Below are positions 11,964 to 24,955 of a stretch of DNA of 64,000 nt, piece after piece. The stretch covers positions 276,468 to 340,467 of the forward strand of contig VJWM01000205.1 of assembly GCA_010909165.1 (NCBI GenBank). Reading direction: 5' to 3'. Each line of letters opens with the position of its first letter. Positions within the stretch are counted from its first letter, which is position 1. The notes below the pieces were generated by a model, which worked only from the letters and a program-made list of their open reading frames with translations, had not been told where the DNA came from and did not search any database. This DNA comes from Anthoceros angustus (lineage: Eukaryota > Plantae > Anthocerotophyta). The position numbers were made by a program, and so were the translations under genes.

Positions 11964-12075
11964 TAATCTTGGTGGATTCTCAGGAGGACCTTGAAACATC
12001 AAGGCCATGAGAAGGAAGCTAATCTTGGTGGGTTCTCAGGAGGACCTTGAAACATCAAGGCCATGAGAAGGAAGC
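11964..12075. repeat. 56-bp tandem duplication (1 mismatch) downstream of the VQ stop codon
   Basis: TAATCTTGGTGGRTTCTCAGGAGGACCTTGAAACATCAAGGCCATGAGAAGGAAGC x2. Confidence 0.95.
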
Positions 12076-14181
12076 GCATGGTGCAGCTCCGGGTGGTTTG
12101 CAGGAATGGCGGGTGAATATTCATCATGGATCACCGTCAGCATATCTGGGGCAAGAACCAATCTACGTGGAACGAGCTTGAGCTTGGAATTGAAGTTCAA
12201 GCTGCGTGCAAGGAATGCTGGGGACTGTGGGATATTATCCATTCGTGTCGTTTCATTTGCAACACTGGCAGTTCCTGTGTATGAGTACATGCCGGCCGGC
12301 CCAGGTGCTCTCATTTTCTAGTTAGCAAGCTTTGGCTTTGGTTTGGTTAGATATGTCTAGCACTCTGGCATTGGGTATCATCCACAATTCGATTCCCATT
12401 GTAGACCGGCGAAGTCTGTCTACTGTACCATACTATATGCGAGAAGCTTACAAACAAACAATTTTCGGAGGCAGCCGACAGGCTGAGCTTGTCATTCCGC
12501 ATTCCCCATACATCATGTGAACATCATACACCTCTACATTCTCTCTTTCTTTCCTTCTTTCCTTCTTTCCCTCTTTCGTTGTTTCTTTCTTTCGTCTCCG
12601 TCACGTGTGACAACACCCTGATAACCCTGAGCAAAACACTTGATGAACAGCATCCCTTCACCTTCAAGTGAACCCGCTTGCATGTGAAGGCCTGCCCACG
12701 ATTTCCTTAGCCTCGAAATCCGGAAGCCACACGTCCTGATTGGAGAGCGTTAGATAACCAAGGCGGTTAGGCCAATGGCCTCGGCAATCGAGAAATGTGC
12801 TCCAGTTTTGTAAACAAGCCCCCTACAGTAGCGGCAGCAGTACCAGCCCACCAGGCCAGTGATCACACCTGTGCCCAGACTGAGTGCATAGTACATGATC
12901 ACGATGAAGACTCCCCTCCAGAGCCTAGGCCTATCTAGTGCCTGCAACTGGCCGGCAGGCACGTGGTAGAAAATTGTTAACAATAAGACAGAAAGGCTCC
13001 GGGCAAGCGATTTGCAAGTCGAGCGAAGGTGGGAAGAAGGAAGCGGGGTGTCCCGGGGCGGGAGCCGCAGGACCGTAGCAGTCCGTAGCACGGGCTGGCC
13101 GCAATCCTCGCCTGCCCTACCCACCTTTACACCCAAATGGTCAAGAGAATATATGTCAGGCTGGCGAGCATGTCATTTGTCTGTTCCGCGGGCATCTGCT
13201 TATCTCTGCTCCTCCGATCTGTGAGGCTCTGGAAACGAAGGAGCTAGGAAAGGCCTGCGCCCAGCTTGCTGCAAGTGGGCATCCGCAGCCTCGTCCCATC
13301 TGTTGACCCCCCGGACATTGCGGCAAAGCACGTCCAGACAAGCTGCCGCACCGACAGCCCTCGCTTCCCACCCACTTCGTCCTTCGTCCTTCGTCCTTCG
13401 TCGGGATACTCAAAGAAACTATGCCCCAAATTTACTTCTCCTCGCGCCAACAAACGTTAAATAATGTGTGACGTCGCTGCAAAGCTTCTGCATTCTTTGC
13501 AGGCCATACCGCGTGCGCCAAATGCTCCTCGCCTCGGTGGGGCCGAGGATTGTAGAAATAGCAAAAACGCGGCTCCACGCTGGATGCCGCCTCCCCCGGA
13601 ACATCGCTCGCATTCTGGTCTGGCACCAAAAGCTGCTCGAATTTAGCGCTTTGCTTTGGTTGCATGCGAGTCTGGCTGGGAATAGCCAAGTGTTGAGGAC
13701 TTCACTCGCAGACAGGAATTTACGTGTTTGTACTTGCGGGCTGCACAAAGCGCGCACTGCGCGTGCTGTGTTGAATGTTGCTGTGATGGCGATGAGCCCT
13801 GGGCTGCTGCAATGCTGGCCTTGCTTGGCCTTTCCACGTCTTTGACGGCCAATCATTCAAGCTTGGGGCGCCACCGGCTGTGGTTCTCTGTTGGCTCACG
13901 TGCTACCTCCCGTTTGCGGTGTCCGTAGTAACTGCCCATCTCCTCGCCCACCCATTTCCCCATTCCCACATGCACTGCTCGCGCCATGTGCGTTGCACCT
14001 ACCCGGGATGCACACCCCATCTACCACTGTTGGTCGCTGCACAGCCCAGTGCGCCACAGGCCAGCATGGGGTATCCATGTGATATTTCTGCCCACAAGTG
14101 GATGTTTTACTCCAATGCATGAAAGAACGATGGGTGGCAGAGCTCAGGCTTTTACAGCGTGGCGACTTCCACAGTTCAACA

Positions 14182-15588
14182 TCACAGGGTTGCACAATCC
14201 GCGGGCACGAAGGCCAGCTGATTGGCTTCCAGGTCGTGCACCACCTGGAAGTTCTGCTGCTGCACATTGCCGATGATGGAGAAGAAGGTGGAGGGGACGG
14301 AGACGAAGGCCCAGCACACCACGCCCTGCTGCACCAGCACGTAGGCGTTTCCGACGGGGAGGACCATTTGGGCGGCCTGGAAGACGAGGGTCATCTCCGG
14401 GAGCACCACATCCTGCGCCGGCGCCTGCAGCTGCGGGTCCAGATCGAAGCACAGTTCGAGGCCCAGGGGGGTCGGGTCCGGGATGGTGGGGTACCGGGAG
14501 CTGGCCTGGACGGCGGCCATGACGGGCTTGAACGCGGCGTCCACCAGGGCGGAGAATGTGGTGCCGGAGTCGACGATGGTGCCGCCCTGCCCCGTCGACG
14601 CGTCCATGTCGAGGGTCCCGGGGGGGATGGGAACCTCCGCCCCGTCCACCAGGATGCACGACAGTGGCACGAAGTAGTAGGATGGGCGGATCGGGTTGGG
14701 GAGCAGCGGGATGGAGGAGGATAGAGGCACGGACGGCACGGCGTCGCCCAGCAAGAGGGGGGATGTCTTCCCGGTGAAGGAGTCCGAGAGCGGGAGGAGG
14801 CAGTAGGAGAATCTCGACTGCCCCAGCTCAGGACCCAGCTGCGAGATGAAGGAGAAGGAGCCTCGCCCCAGGCCCAGCACTCCCCCGCCGCCCGGGAATT
14901 GGCCTTCGTTGCGGAAGCCGCATCCGAATCTGAAGGCCGGGAAGGACTGCTCGCTCCCGGAGACGCTGGTGAGAGTGATGGTATCGGAGGAGAAATTGCC
15001 GACGGTGAAGGACCCGTCGCCGTACTGGTAGGCGTACTCGCAGGCGGCGTCGGCCTGGCAGCGGAAGAGCGGCAGGGCCAGGCAGAGCGGGGAGGTGCAG
15101 TCCAGGGTGCGGAACGTGGAGGAGGCGGTCTGGTTGAAGCGCGGCCCCTCCTGCGGGTAGCATATCTTGCAGGGCTCGGATTGCAGCCATGTGAGGTCGC
15201 TGCCCGTGTCCACGATGGCCAAGAAGCTCTGCGCCGGCGTGCCGAGCAGGATGGTGGCCAGGTAGTCCCCGTCGGCTGCGCTCACCGGGGAGGAGTACCC
15301 GCCGGATGGCGGGAACCCGTCTACCGATGCCGGGTTGCTGGAGGAGGAAATCCGCACGGCCCGTGCTCTGCTCCGCGCGCCTCGCGCTCGCCACGATGCT
15401 GCCGATGTCGCGCCGGGTGGAGCCTGAAAGAGGGAGTCTCGGTGGATGAGATCCACCCGGAGACCGACCCCAGTCCCGGCCGGGTTGGGGAGCGGGGGTG
15501 CAGATCCGCGTGTTGCTCCGAGCTGCAAGAAGCACAGCAGAAAGGGTAAGATTGATGTAGGGTTTGGAATGCGTCTCACCAGATCCAT
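14182..15588 (-). CDS. Secreted A1 aspartic protease (nepenthesin/CDR1-like), intronless, ~468 aa
   Basis: Hydrophobic signal (SILPFLLCFLQLGATRG), DLIHRDS propeptide, both catalytic motifs DTGSDLTW and IVDSGTT, a Cys-rich NAP1-like insert, and C-terminal IIGNVQQQNFQVVHDL. Confidence 0.93.
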   Translation of the reverse strand: MDLVRRIPNPTSILPFLLCFLQLGATRGSAPPLPNPAGTGVGLRVDLIHRDSLFQAPPGATSAASWRARGARSRARAVRISSSSNPASVDGFPPSGGYSSPVSAADGDYLATILLGTPAQSFLAIVDTGSDLTWLQSEPCKICYPQEGPRFNQTASSTFRTLDCTSPLCLALPLFRCQADAACEYAYQYGDGSFTVGNFSSDTITLTSVSGSEQSFPAFRFGCGFRNEGQFPGGGGVLGLGRGSFSFISQLGPELGQSRFSYCLLPLSDSFTGKTSPLLLGDAVPSVPLSSSIPLLPNPIRPSYYFVPLSCILVDGAEVPIPPGTLDMDASTGQGGTIVDSGTTFSALVDAAFKPVMAAVQASSRYPTIPDPTPLGLELCFDLDPQLQAPAQDVVLPEMTLVFQAAQMVLPVGNAYVLVQQGVVCWAFVSVPSTFFSIIGNVQQQNFQVVHDLEANQLAFVPADCATL

Positions 15589-16158
15589 CACGACTCGTGC
15601 GCACTTGTGAGAACTGCCTTCTGTTTCGCGGTGGAAGTGTGTAGTAGCAGGCTGGTGAGAGCCAACACGATCCACGCACGCTGTGTGTGGAGCTTGTTTC
15701 AGCGTTTTGCTGGGCCCTTCATCTGCTACTGCCGGTTCGCAATAATGCTACTTCCACCCCTGTGAGCCTGCTGCAGGAGAGGCAGCGGGCGTCAGTCTGA
15801 ACGTTCAGAAGCACCGGCCATGCCAGAATTCTGTCCTCGGCAGAAGTTTGCTTTGCAGGCAGGACTGGGAGCACGTGCCGGCAGGACTGCAACTCGACAA
15901 CTGTGCAGCTCGTGTTCGATCCTTGTGCCGAGGACCACTTTCAGATGAAACGTCCGTTTCCCAGTCATGACGCCCGTGCACTCAACGATCTGCCGTTTTC
16001 TAGGCTCTCCACAAGCGCCTTCATCTCAGCCAGCGTGTTGTGCCATCGTCATCTGAACCACGCGCTTTGCAAAGCCTACTGATGGGAACGATGAAGGCGT
16101 AGGACGAGGAGGATGTATTCAGGTTGGGTTAAAGGTTGTCCGGGTCCCAGTATTCGTG

Positions 16159-19100
16159 TCACAGCAAGGACAAGATCATTCCCTTCTCAGATTTCCGAAG
16201 GTCCGATTCACTTTCCATCTCCCTCTCCCCAGCTACAGCCACCAGATCCGAAGTTGTAGTACCAGCCGCGCTGGCCGCAGTCACCGTGGAGAGTGTACCT
16301 GATGTCGACTTGGAATCATCTATTACGGCATGCTCGCAGTACTTCTCCAGCCATCTGTCCATCTCCCAGAGGCAGTGCATCACACTCTCTCTTGCAGAGT
16401 AAGAGTGACTCTCAAGAGGCAGCAACACCAGTCTGCACAGTGCTCCATGCCCCTTCAAAGCACTGAAGAAACGCTCCGACTGCAACACACATACGTGTTA
16501 GATACATTCTCTGATGTGGAACTTGCTGTATCGGGGTTTCTCGTCTGCCAAGCTCGATCACCTACCTGCATGGTGAGGGTGCCGGAGTTGTTGTCTTCGT
16601 CTCCATGAATCAAAAGAATGGGCTTCTTGATTTTGTCAGCCAGCATGAATGGACTCATCTCAATGTACGTCTTCGTCGCTTCCCACAAACTCCTCTCCTC
16701 GGCCTGCACGTAGGCATTGCCTGTTTAGTGTTCTGATGCAGTAGACCTACCAGACACTGATGAAGCTTTTGTGTGAAAACCGGGTGTGGCACGTACCTGG
16801 AACCCAAATGGCGTCAGTGTTCTGTTGTAAGCACCCGATCGAGCTATCCCACAGCTGAAGAGGTGGGGAGCGTGTGCCAGAAGATTTGCTGTCATGAACG
16901 CTCCATATGAGTGACCACCGACAGCAATCCTCTGCCGATGAGAGACCTGCAAGGAAGTCACAATTATTCACACAGAACTAGTAACCCGGCATGGACTGCC
17001 AAATAAGCGCTCACTAAGACTTACCCCTCGCCGTACAACCTCATCAACCGCGGCCTCAGCACTAAGCACCAGCTGCTCCACGTAACTGTTCCAAGTTTGG
17101 CCTCATGGGTCAGGTTCATCCAAAAGTTTTTCAGAGCCATATAGCTTGTTGGAAAATGCTATTCAATCCACTCAGCAAACATCACAAGCAACAAATGGAT
17201 GAACAAGCTGACACCCACTTGTCATTTGCTTCTTTGTCGCCTTCACCGATGATTGGCATGGTTGGCCCATCCAAAATGACAAAACTGCATTGCACCGGAG
17301 CAAGAATACAGTCAGTGGAAGTGAGTACGCAGTATGTGAAGAACAAAAGTGTGTCACCTCACACTGCAGCCACTCACCGTCTGGCTAACCACAAAAGTGG
17401 CGAAGTTGATCCAATTCCAGCAAATGCATTAGGGGAACCCCGCATCTGTCCAGCATTATCCTTGCTTTTGAACTCCCTTGGGTAAGCCCAAAGCAGTGTT
17501 GGCAAAGGACCGTCTTTTGCAGGATCATAACCAGGAGGTTGGTAAAGATTGGCTTGAAGTTCAACACCATCCTTCCTTTTGTACCGGATCACCTGCTTCT
17601 TGATGTCTTTCAGCTGAGGATAGGGGTGAGGGAAATCTGTGATCTGTTTCAAAGATTGTTCTGGCCACTGTTTCAGATAGTACTGAGGCGGTTCTGATTG
17701 AGACTCCCTGGACAGCAAAACCTTTAGTTTATCCACGTACAGATCTTCACTGACTGTGTCTGACAACAGACCCGCAACATTTTCATAATACTTCTCCTTG
17801 TCACTATTCCAAATGCGCTTCTTCTCACCTGTCTCTCTGAGAAAACAACTGTTGGCTCAGTAACATTGCATAAGAGAGACAGAAACAAGAACATATTGGC
17901 ACCATATTTGCATCGACCCAGGCCTTACATGTCAAAGAGGTCGAGAAAGGGTATGTTGCCCTCTGGGCTAGCTCCTTGACCATCCAGCAACAACCAATTG
18001 CGGCCGTCTGCATCCTTGAACTGAGCTATTACATAACTCCCAAAGACTGTCCTCCTTTGCATGGGAGAACCAGGGTCCGAGTACACATCCTCAGAGGACC
18101 TGTCAATTAATAGCCGGGGCTCTTTCTCCAGGTTTCCCGGGGTGATAACCCAGGTGCGAGTTCTTCGTGTTTTGTGCCATGACTCGTAGACGAGGGCAAG
18201 AGATTCATCACCCCACATAATGCCTCTGCACAGCAACTATACCACATTGAAGTAGAGGGCAGGAACAAGCTGTCCACTTTACAAGGCCTTGTTCTTGTGA
18301 GGCCTTGCAGCAGCTTCTTCAATATAAGAACAAAATTGTGCCAGTTATTACAATTACATTGATGAGACCATACCCATAGCGCCAATTAAGCTTTTGTAGA
18401 ATCACTGGACTTCCGCCTTCTGCGTCAACCATGTACAGGATGTCACGAGGTGAGGCCTCTACCTTAGCATCACCGCCGTCTTGTGTTTCAACCCTGCATG
18501 ACCATCCACAACACTTTTTTAAGGCCTTGCAGTTTGGGCACAAGGCCACCCGATCTACTGCAACAAATCACACTTACAAGCAGGTGACCAGAGTCCCTTA
18601 CCATGTGAAGGTTGATGGCTTATCAGATCGCCATCGAAAAGACCTAGGACCTTTCCGAACACTATCAAAAGTTATTGGGATATCATCAGCAAGAGGCAGA
18701 TCGCAGATCTCTCTGACAAATTCTCCATTGGCTTTCCATAGATCCACTTTTTTGGGGAAACGCCCACACGGAACAATAAAGGAATATGGCCTGTGTATTG
18801 TACTGATGAGCAAGTACTTCCCGTCATTTGATGCACCCACATCAACATATGCAGCAGGGGCTCCAATCGGCTTCACAGATCCATCTAAAGAGATAAGCAG
18901 TAGTTGACTTGTTACATAGTAGTCAAACAAATCTTCATCAAACTTGTCCTTCAGTAGGTCTTGATATGTTCGATTCTGAGCAACATTTCCTTGTTCATTT
19001 GACTGCAGCTTCGGAGCTGATGGGGTCAAGGGCCTCGTTGGAGCTGGCCCACGGCCTTGGGGTATTGTGCATGCAACCAAAGTTGTGTCATCCACCCATG

Positions 19101-20698
19101 AATAACTGTCGCGCAAAGTCCCAAGATTGCATCAGTATCTGTAACCAGAAAACCAAGTAACTTCTCACTAGTCTTTGGCAATTCAATAACTATGGCCTGG
19201 ACTAGCACAAAGCAATCCCATATTGAAGGGCAGCAAGCAAGACCAGCCTCAAAGAACTTACGATTCAAAAATAGTGTTCAGGGCATGCGTCTGTGGCCCA
19301 ACTAGCTCCCTCGCCTGGCCTGTTTTTACGTCTGCAACCCATAAACCCAACCGGGGTTCATAGACATCCCCCTGCAACGGCCCAAGACATCGTAGCTGCC
19401 CGTTCTTAAGACAGAAGGCACACCATTACATCTAACTCGAATCTGGAATGTGCAAGCCAAGTATGCTTCAGGTCAGGTGAATCGGCACCTGAGAAGTTCC
19501 TCGGATTGTGAATGCAAAATGCAGTCCATCCGGAGACCTGGCCAGCAACAAGGAACACAACATCCAGGGCTTGGTTCCTTATCAGCAGAGTATGCCCATT
19601 ATCACTGCTAAGCTGGCAATGGAGGTAATAGATGCAACTGCAGGGAATAAGGTGCACATGAACTACGTTACCAGGTTACATGGTTTATTTTGCCATCTGG
19701 TGGGTATCCGACAACCACCCTCTCCGGCCCCAAGGATCCGTCATCCAGCAGCTTCTGAATTTTTATCCCCGAGTAAAATGACCTGGACGTAAACCTCATC
19801 ACAAGTCAGACTCAAGGATAGCCAGCTAAGGATAGTACAAAACCAGTCTGCTGGACACACCAGCACATCAGGACCCATGCTAATTCTCAGGTAACATACG
19901 GGAAGATAAGTCTCACAAGTCCATGGTACGTGACAACTTACATCCTACTACGGGCATTAGACTCCGGGTCAATGCGGAGGCCCGCAAGCTTGAGTTCAGG
20001 CTTTGAAATCTCTGACAGAGGTGGCAAGGACCTCCGGCCCAAGAACATGATCTCATCCTTGTTGGGCGAAAACGACAAAGCGGGAACAGGTGGTGCATCA
20101 ACTATGTCTCGTAACTCCGGAGGTGGAAGACGATATCCACTTTCTGTCACACAGTACACCACAAGGAAACTGTCAGAACATGCACTGGATGCAGCCGGCC
20201 ATTTCGGGGCACTCAATGACATAAGCAAAACATCAGTTCTCCAAAGCGTCCCACACAGGACTCCCAGCTCCACACTATCTATCTAGCAGACCCACCAAAC
20301 AAACCAATTCCATTTTCGATCGCCACCCATAGTCATGGCAACGCTGCTGAATTAGCTAAACCCAAAAAAGAGAGCACACACGCACCATCATCCGCAGTGG
20401 AGGCGGCATTGGACGACGCCAAACCCGCTCCATTGGCACTCTCAGCTCGAGCCAAGCCAGGGATAGGAGCGCGCGCCAGAGACCGGGAGTGCATCATCGA
20501 CCCTGCCCGCAAAAGATCGAGGCTCGGCTGGGTTACTTGCCCGAACCGGGAAGCCAGGAACGAATGCCCCTGGCGAAGAGGCAGCGGCAGATGGTCCAGC
20601 ACCTGCCCGGTCCGCAACCACGCACGGGCCGCCGCAGACGGCAGCGGCTGCGAGGAGCAAGAGCGCAGCGATAGACTGGAGAGCTTGCTGGTTCTCAT
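16159..20698 (-). CDS. CGEP: Chloroplast glutamyl endopeptidase (S9D prolyl oligopeptidase family), multi-exon
   Basis: Transit-like exon 1 (20698-20386), then SGYRLPPPELRDIVDAPP, PKIQ-like APKLQSNE, YPREFKSKDNAGQ, catalytic GGHSYGAF, LIHGDEDNNSGT, LESHSY and a C-terminal SLL. GT-AG introns are in phase where checked. Confidence 0.92.
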
Positions 20699-22113
20699 AG
20701 CGTGTTAAGCTCCCCCTCCCACTGTTCCCTTGCACACGCACAAAGGGAGGCCGCCCAGAACAGAAGAGCGCGAGACGATACTCAAGGCCCCACCAGCCAC
20801 TCAAAACCTTCCAGGCTCGATGCAGAATCGTAGCAAGCACGAATGTTTGTGCATTCTACGTTGGCAACTGTTCACAATCGCCCACTCCACACGGGCGTCC
20901 TGGAGAAAGGCACGATGCCAAGTATGAAGCAGCAGCAGGCATACACTCAACTGTGCCCGCATTGGTCCATCTTCTTTTACCCGGCAAAGGAAATGCAACT
21001 ACGAGCCAAGAAGCTCAGGGTAAAGTGCATCGCCCAGTTTCCCTCCACTGGATAAGATCCATTGCAGCCATTGCTGACCGCCTCCCTCTTGGACGACAAA
21101 CCAGCGGCTCCCTTCTCATTCCGCTGCCCAGTTTTGCTAAACACACTCCCTGTAGGGTCTATGTATAAGTTAAGGCTTAATCTAATATTACTTGTATTTA
21201 TAAAATTTAAATAAAAATAAATATTCATCATCTTCCTTCTTGGTTGGCTTTGTTTGATAACTCATATCAAGCTTTGTTCTTTCGGTTTAGTATTTTTAGT
21301 CCTATTTTCCTACTGTGTTTGCATATTGATGAGTTCTAATGCATCTCATTTATCCTCTTTCTGTATTTAGGCCAGCTTATATATAATACACCTAACCTTT
21401 AGAAGAAAGAGAATAAGAAGAAGAAATTATAAGGTTGTATCTTTAGAGGTTATATTTTTAAGGATTTTTCTTCCATACTGCTTTGGTGGTGCAGATGGGA
21501 TTATCTATCTCTTTATATTACATAAGATTTATCCACTAAGAATATTTAACTATACCTATCTATCACTTTAAAAGAAAGCTATAACCTACATAGCTTTAGT
21601 ATTCCGTCCATGAAACATAGCTCTCTACTTCCTTAAGAGCTTTCAAAGAAGACTATATCTTAAATAATTTAAAATATTTAATTATTTATATAAATAACTT
21701 ATAGCAATCTGATTATTTGTATATATTTTGTAGCTGCTATATATGACCTACAAATGTCATCCATATACAGAACAATCGAGTTATATTATTTTTAATGTGA
21801 ATACGAGTCTAGAATTTGATGCAAATGTATTGTACTGCATTGTGAAGGCAATGTGGCTGGATGGAAGCGACTGTGGTGGAAACGACGTGATAAAAACGAT
21901 GGGAGGGGGGAGAATTGCAGGAGAGTAGGCGGAAGATCCAACCTGCCTGCTTCGGCATCATCACGCGAGCTGCATGGCAGCGGCAGGGTTTTAGTTCTGC
22001 CGTAGCCAGCCTGCGTCCTGTAATCTCACCCGCCCTCACCGAGTAGGCCACTTGAAGGTGCAGTAGCAGTCCCATTCTGCTTTTGCTCTTGCTGGTGACC
22101 AGCGAGCTCCGAG

Positions 22114-24369
22114 ATGGCTGCGGCCAGCTGCACTGGCGTCGCTGTGGCAGCCTCGGTTGCCGGAGTCGGGGCTTCCTCCTCCTCGTCCCGTGGCGCTCGC
22201 AGGGACCGTTCCCTTGTGCGCTTCCAGGGACTAAGGGCGGGGGAAGCTGCTGGCTCGGATGTGGCGCTGCTTAAGGCTCTGAATGCCGGGGGTGGCCGGA
22301 GAGGGAGGTCAGGTGAGCTGCTCGCCGTGCATGCACTTCTTTCGGAGGCTGAATTTGACTGTTGGAGTGGTTTTCGGCTGGCTGGAGGTCACAGCTGCAT
22401 TTGCGTTGTGGTTTGGTGACAGAATGCCGTACGGGAGGAGCTGTGGTCGTGGCTGCCGCTGTCTCTGCGCCGAAGAGGGAGACGGACCCCAAGAAGAGAG
22501 TGGTGATCACTGGCATGGGCGTCGTGTCTGTGTTTGGAAATGATGTGGACACCTTCTACGATAAGCTGCTTGAAGGCGAGAGCGGAATCAGCATCATCGA
22601 TCGGTTTGATGTGTCCAAATTCCCGACTAAATTTGGGGGACAGATCCGGAACTTCTCGTCCAAGGGGTACATTGATGGGAAGAACGACCGGCGCCTTGAC
22701 GACTGCATAAGATATGCCCTAGTCAGTGGGAAGAAGGCCTTGGAGCATGCAAATTTGGGTGGAGACTTGATCGATCAGGTAGGGGTGTTGCATGCCTGCT
22801 GGATGTGTGGTTTTGCGAGGTTGTAATTGTGCATCTGCTTGCTTGTCTCTTTTTGTGAGAAAGATCTAAATATCCGGGACCACTTCTGATGTTGTGGACG
22901 TGTTTTCCTGGACTTCTTCTTCTGCAGGTGGACAAGAAAAAAACTGGCGTGCTCATAGGCACAGGCATGGGCGGGCTTAGTGTCTTCTCTGATGGAGTTA
23001 AGGCACTTATTGAGCAGGGGCACCAGCGAATTACTCCCTTCTTCATTCCTTACGCTATCACCAACATGGCTTCTGCTATGCTGGCCATTCAGCTCGGGCT
23101 CATGGGCCCAAATTACTCCATCTCCACAGCATGTGCAACGGCCAATTATTGTTTCTACGCAGCTGCTAACCACATCCGCAGAGGTGAGGCGGACGTCATG
23201 ATCGCTGGAGGAACGGAGGCAGCAATCATTCCGGTGGGTCTGGGAGGGTTTATTGCTTGCAGGGCTCTTTCGCAACGAAATGACGAACCGCAGAAGGCCT
23301 CTCGGCCTTGGGATAAGGATCGGGAAGGCTTTGTGATGGGAGAGGGTGCTGGTGTTTTGGTATATCGCACATCCTTAACCTCAATATTGTTGCAAGACTG
23401 TGTGATCTCCGTTTTTTCTGGTCTGTAAGGTTTCCTGCACACGTTATGGTACAGATCATGGAAAGCTTGGAGCATGCCCTGGCTCGAGGAGCACCTATTA
23501 TTGCGGAATACCTAGGTGGCGCTGTTACTTGTGATGCGTATCACATGACTGACCCTCGCGCTGACGGGCTTGGAGTATCCACATGCATTGAGAAAAGTCT
23601 GGAGGATTCAGGTGTTTCGCCCGAAGAGGTATCAAAAGCTGCTCCATGTGCCTTCTGTTCCTTGCCTGTGTGCTGCATGCTAAGGAGTTCGCACTGCTCT
23701 TCGTGTTATTTTGGTCAGGTGAATTACATCAATGCGCATGCAACTTCCACCATTGCGGGTGACTTGGCAGAGGTAAACGCAGTGAAGAAAGTTTTTAAGG
23801 ACGGCTCAGAAATCAAGATGAATGGGACCAAGGTATATAACTTCTGATGTTGGTTCCATGTGTGTAAATGCTTTGTATGCCAAGGGTTTAAGGTCATTTT
23901 GATGTCTGCAGTCTATGATTGGTCACTGTCTTGGTGCGGCTGGAGGACTGGAGGCTATTGCAACTATCAAAGCTATCACAACTGGATGGGTGCACCCAAC
24001 TATCAACCAATTTGTGAGTTTGAGGCGGACACTGTACCTTTGCTCAACCATGTGTTGTTTGCAATACTATTTTCGCTTACTGCATGGGCCCTTCAGTTGT
24101 AGAGGCGGGCGTTCTAACCTGCTGGTTTGCGTCGTCTGTTTTGAACAGAACCGGGAGCCAGAAGTCACGTTTGACACAGTCCCAAATGTTAAGAAGCAAC
24201 ACGAAATACACGTTGGTAAGTTCAAGTAGTCGTCGTCTTGTGCAGGGGACAAGTTTGTGTTTGTGTCGCCTGGAATTCACTGCTGTTTTGTGTGCGTGCA
24301 GGCATCTCGAACTCTTTTGGATTTGGAGGCCACAACTCGTGCGTGGTTTTTGCGCCATACAAGCCCTAA
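22114..24369 (+). CDS. KASI: Plastid beta-ketoacyl-ACP synthase I, multi-exon
   Basis: Ala/Ser transit peptide, KKRVVITGMGVVSVFGNDVDTFYDKLLEGESG, NYSISTACAT (catalytic Cys), YINAHATST, GHCLGAAGGLE and SNSFGFGGHNS; stop at 24367-24369. Confidence 0.95.
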
Positions 24370-24955
24370 AGAGTGTGAATTCGCAATTCAAACTTCCGGC
24401 TACATTTTTTCCTGACGCATTTTTGCAAGTTTACTCAGTCGAAAAGCTCTGGTTACATCAGCTGGATAGCTCGATGTGGAGCTTCGTAGTTCTGAAGCTT
24501 TCTGGATAGGATCTTCAAAGCTCGCGCATCGATGGTTTCAGGAGCAACTGAATTTTGCACCAAAGATTGTAGGCTGGTGGATAGGCATCCGGGATCTGAC
24601 CATTCTCAGAGCTGAGGCAGAGGATTCTCAATTTCTGTGAACATCAATTCTTTTTTCATTGCCAACCCCGATGCGAGCTTGACATTCGAGCTCACTAGCC
24701 GAGACAGCTTGTTGTGCCAAAATTGAGTGGCTTGTGTGCTGTGTCGGACTGTCCTCCTGCATGCTTCCTGAGCCTGCAAACAAGCCACATGTGGAGGTGA
24801 AAACTCGTGAAACTTGGTAATAAGCTTAACAGAGTGGCGTGGGTGCCAGACATTTCCACTCTGTTTGCGGCATTTCGTGAACTCTGTGCTGTGTGTCCGT
24901 TGGGTGCATTCCCAGCAGGTCCGTTCCCTCCCCTGGTCTGCTGTCTGGACAGTGC

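Noticed and set aside
14828-15679. 283-aa and 216-aa + strand ORFs over the aspartic protease
   Set aside because: Antisense shadows of a high-GC3 gene.
15905-15930. GTTCGATCC T-loop-like motif
   Set aside because: No T-stem or cloverleaf; no tRNA, rRNA or conserved miRNA was recognised anywhere in the window.
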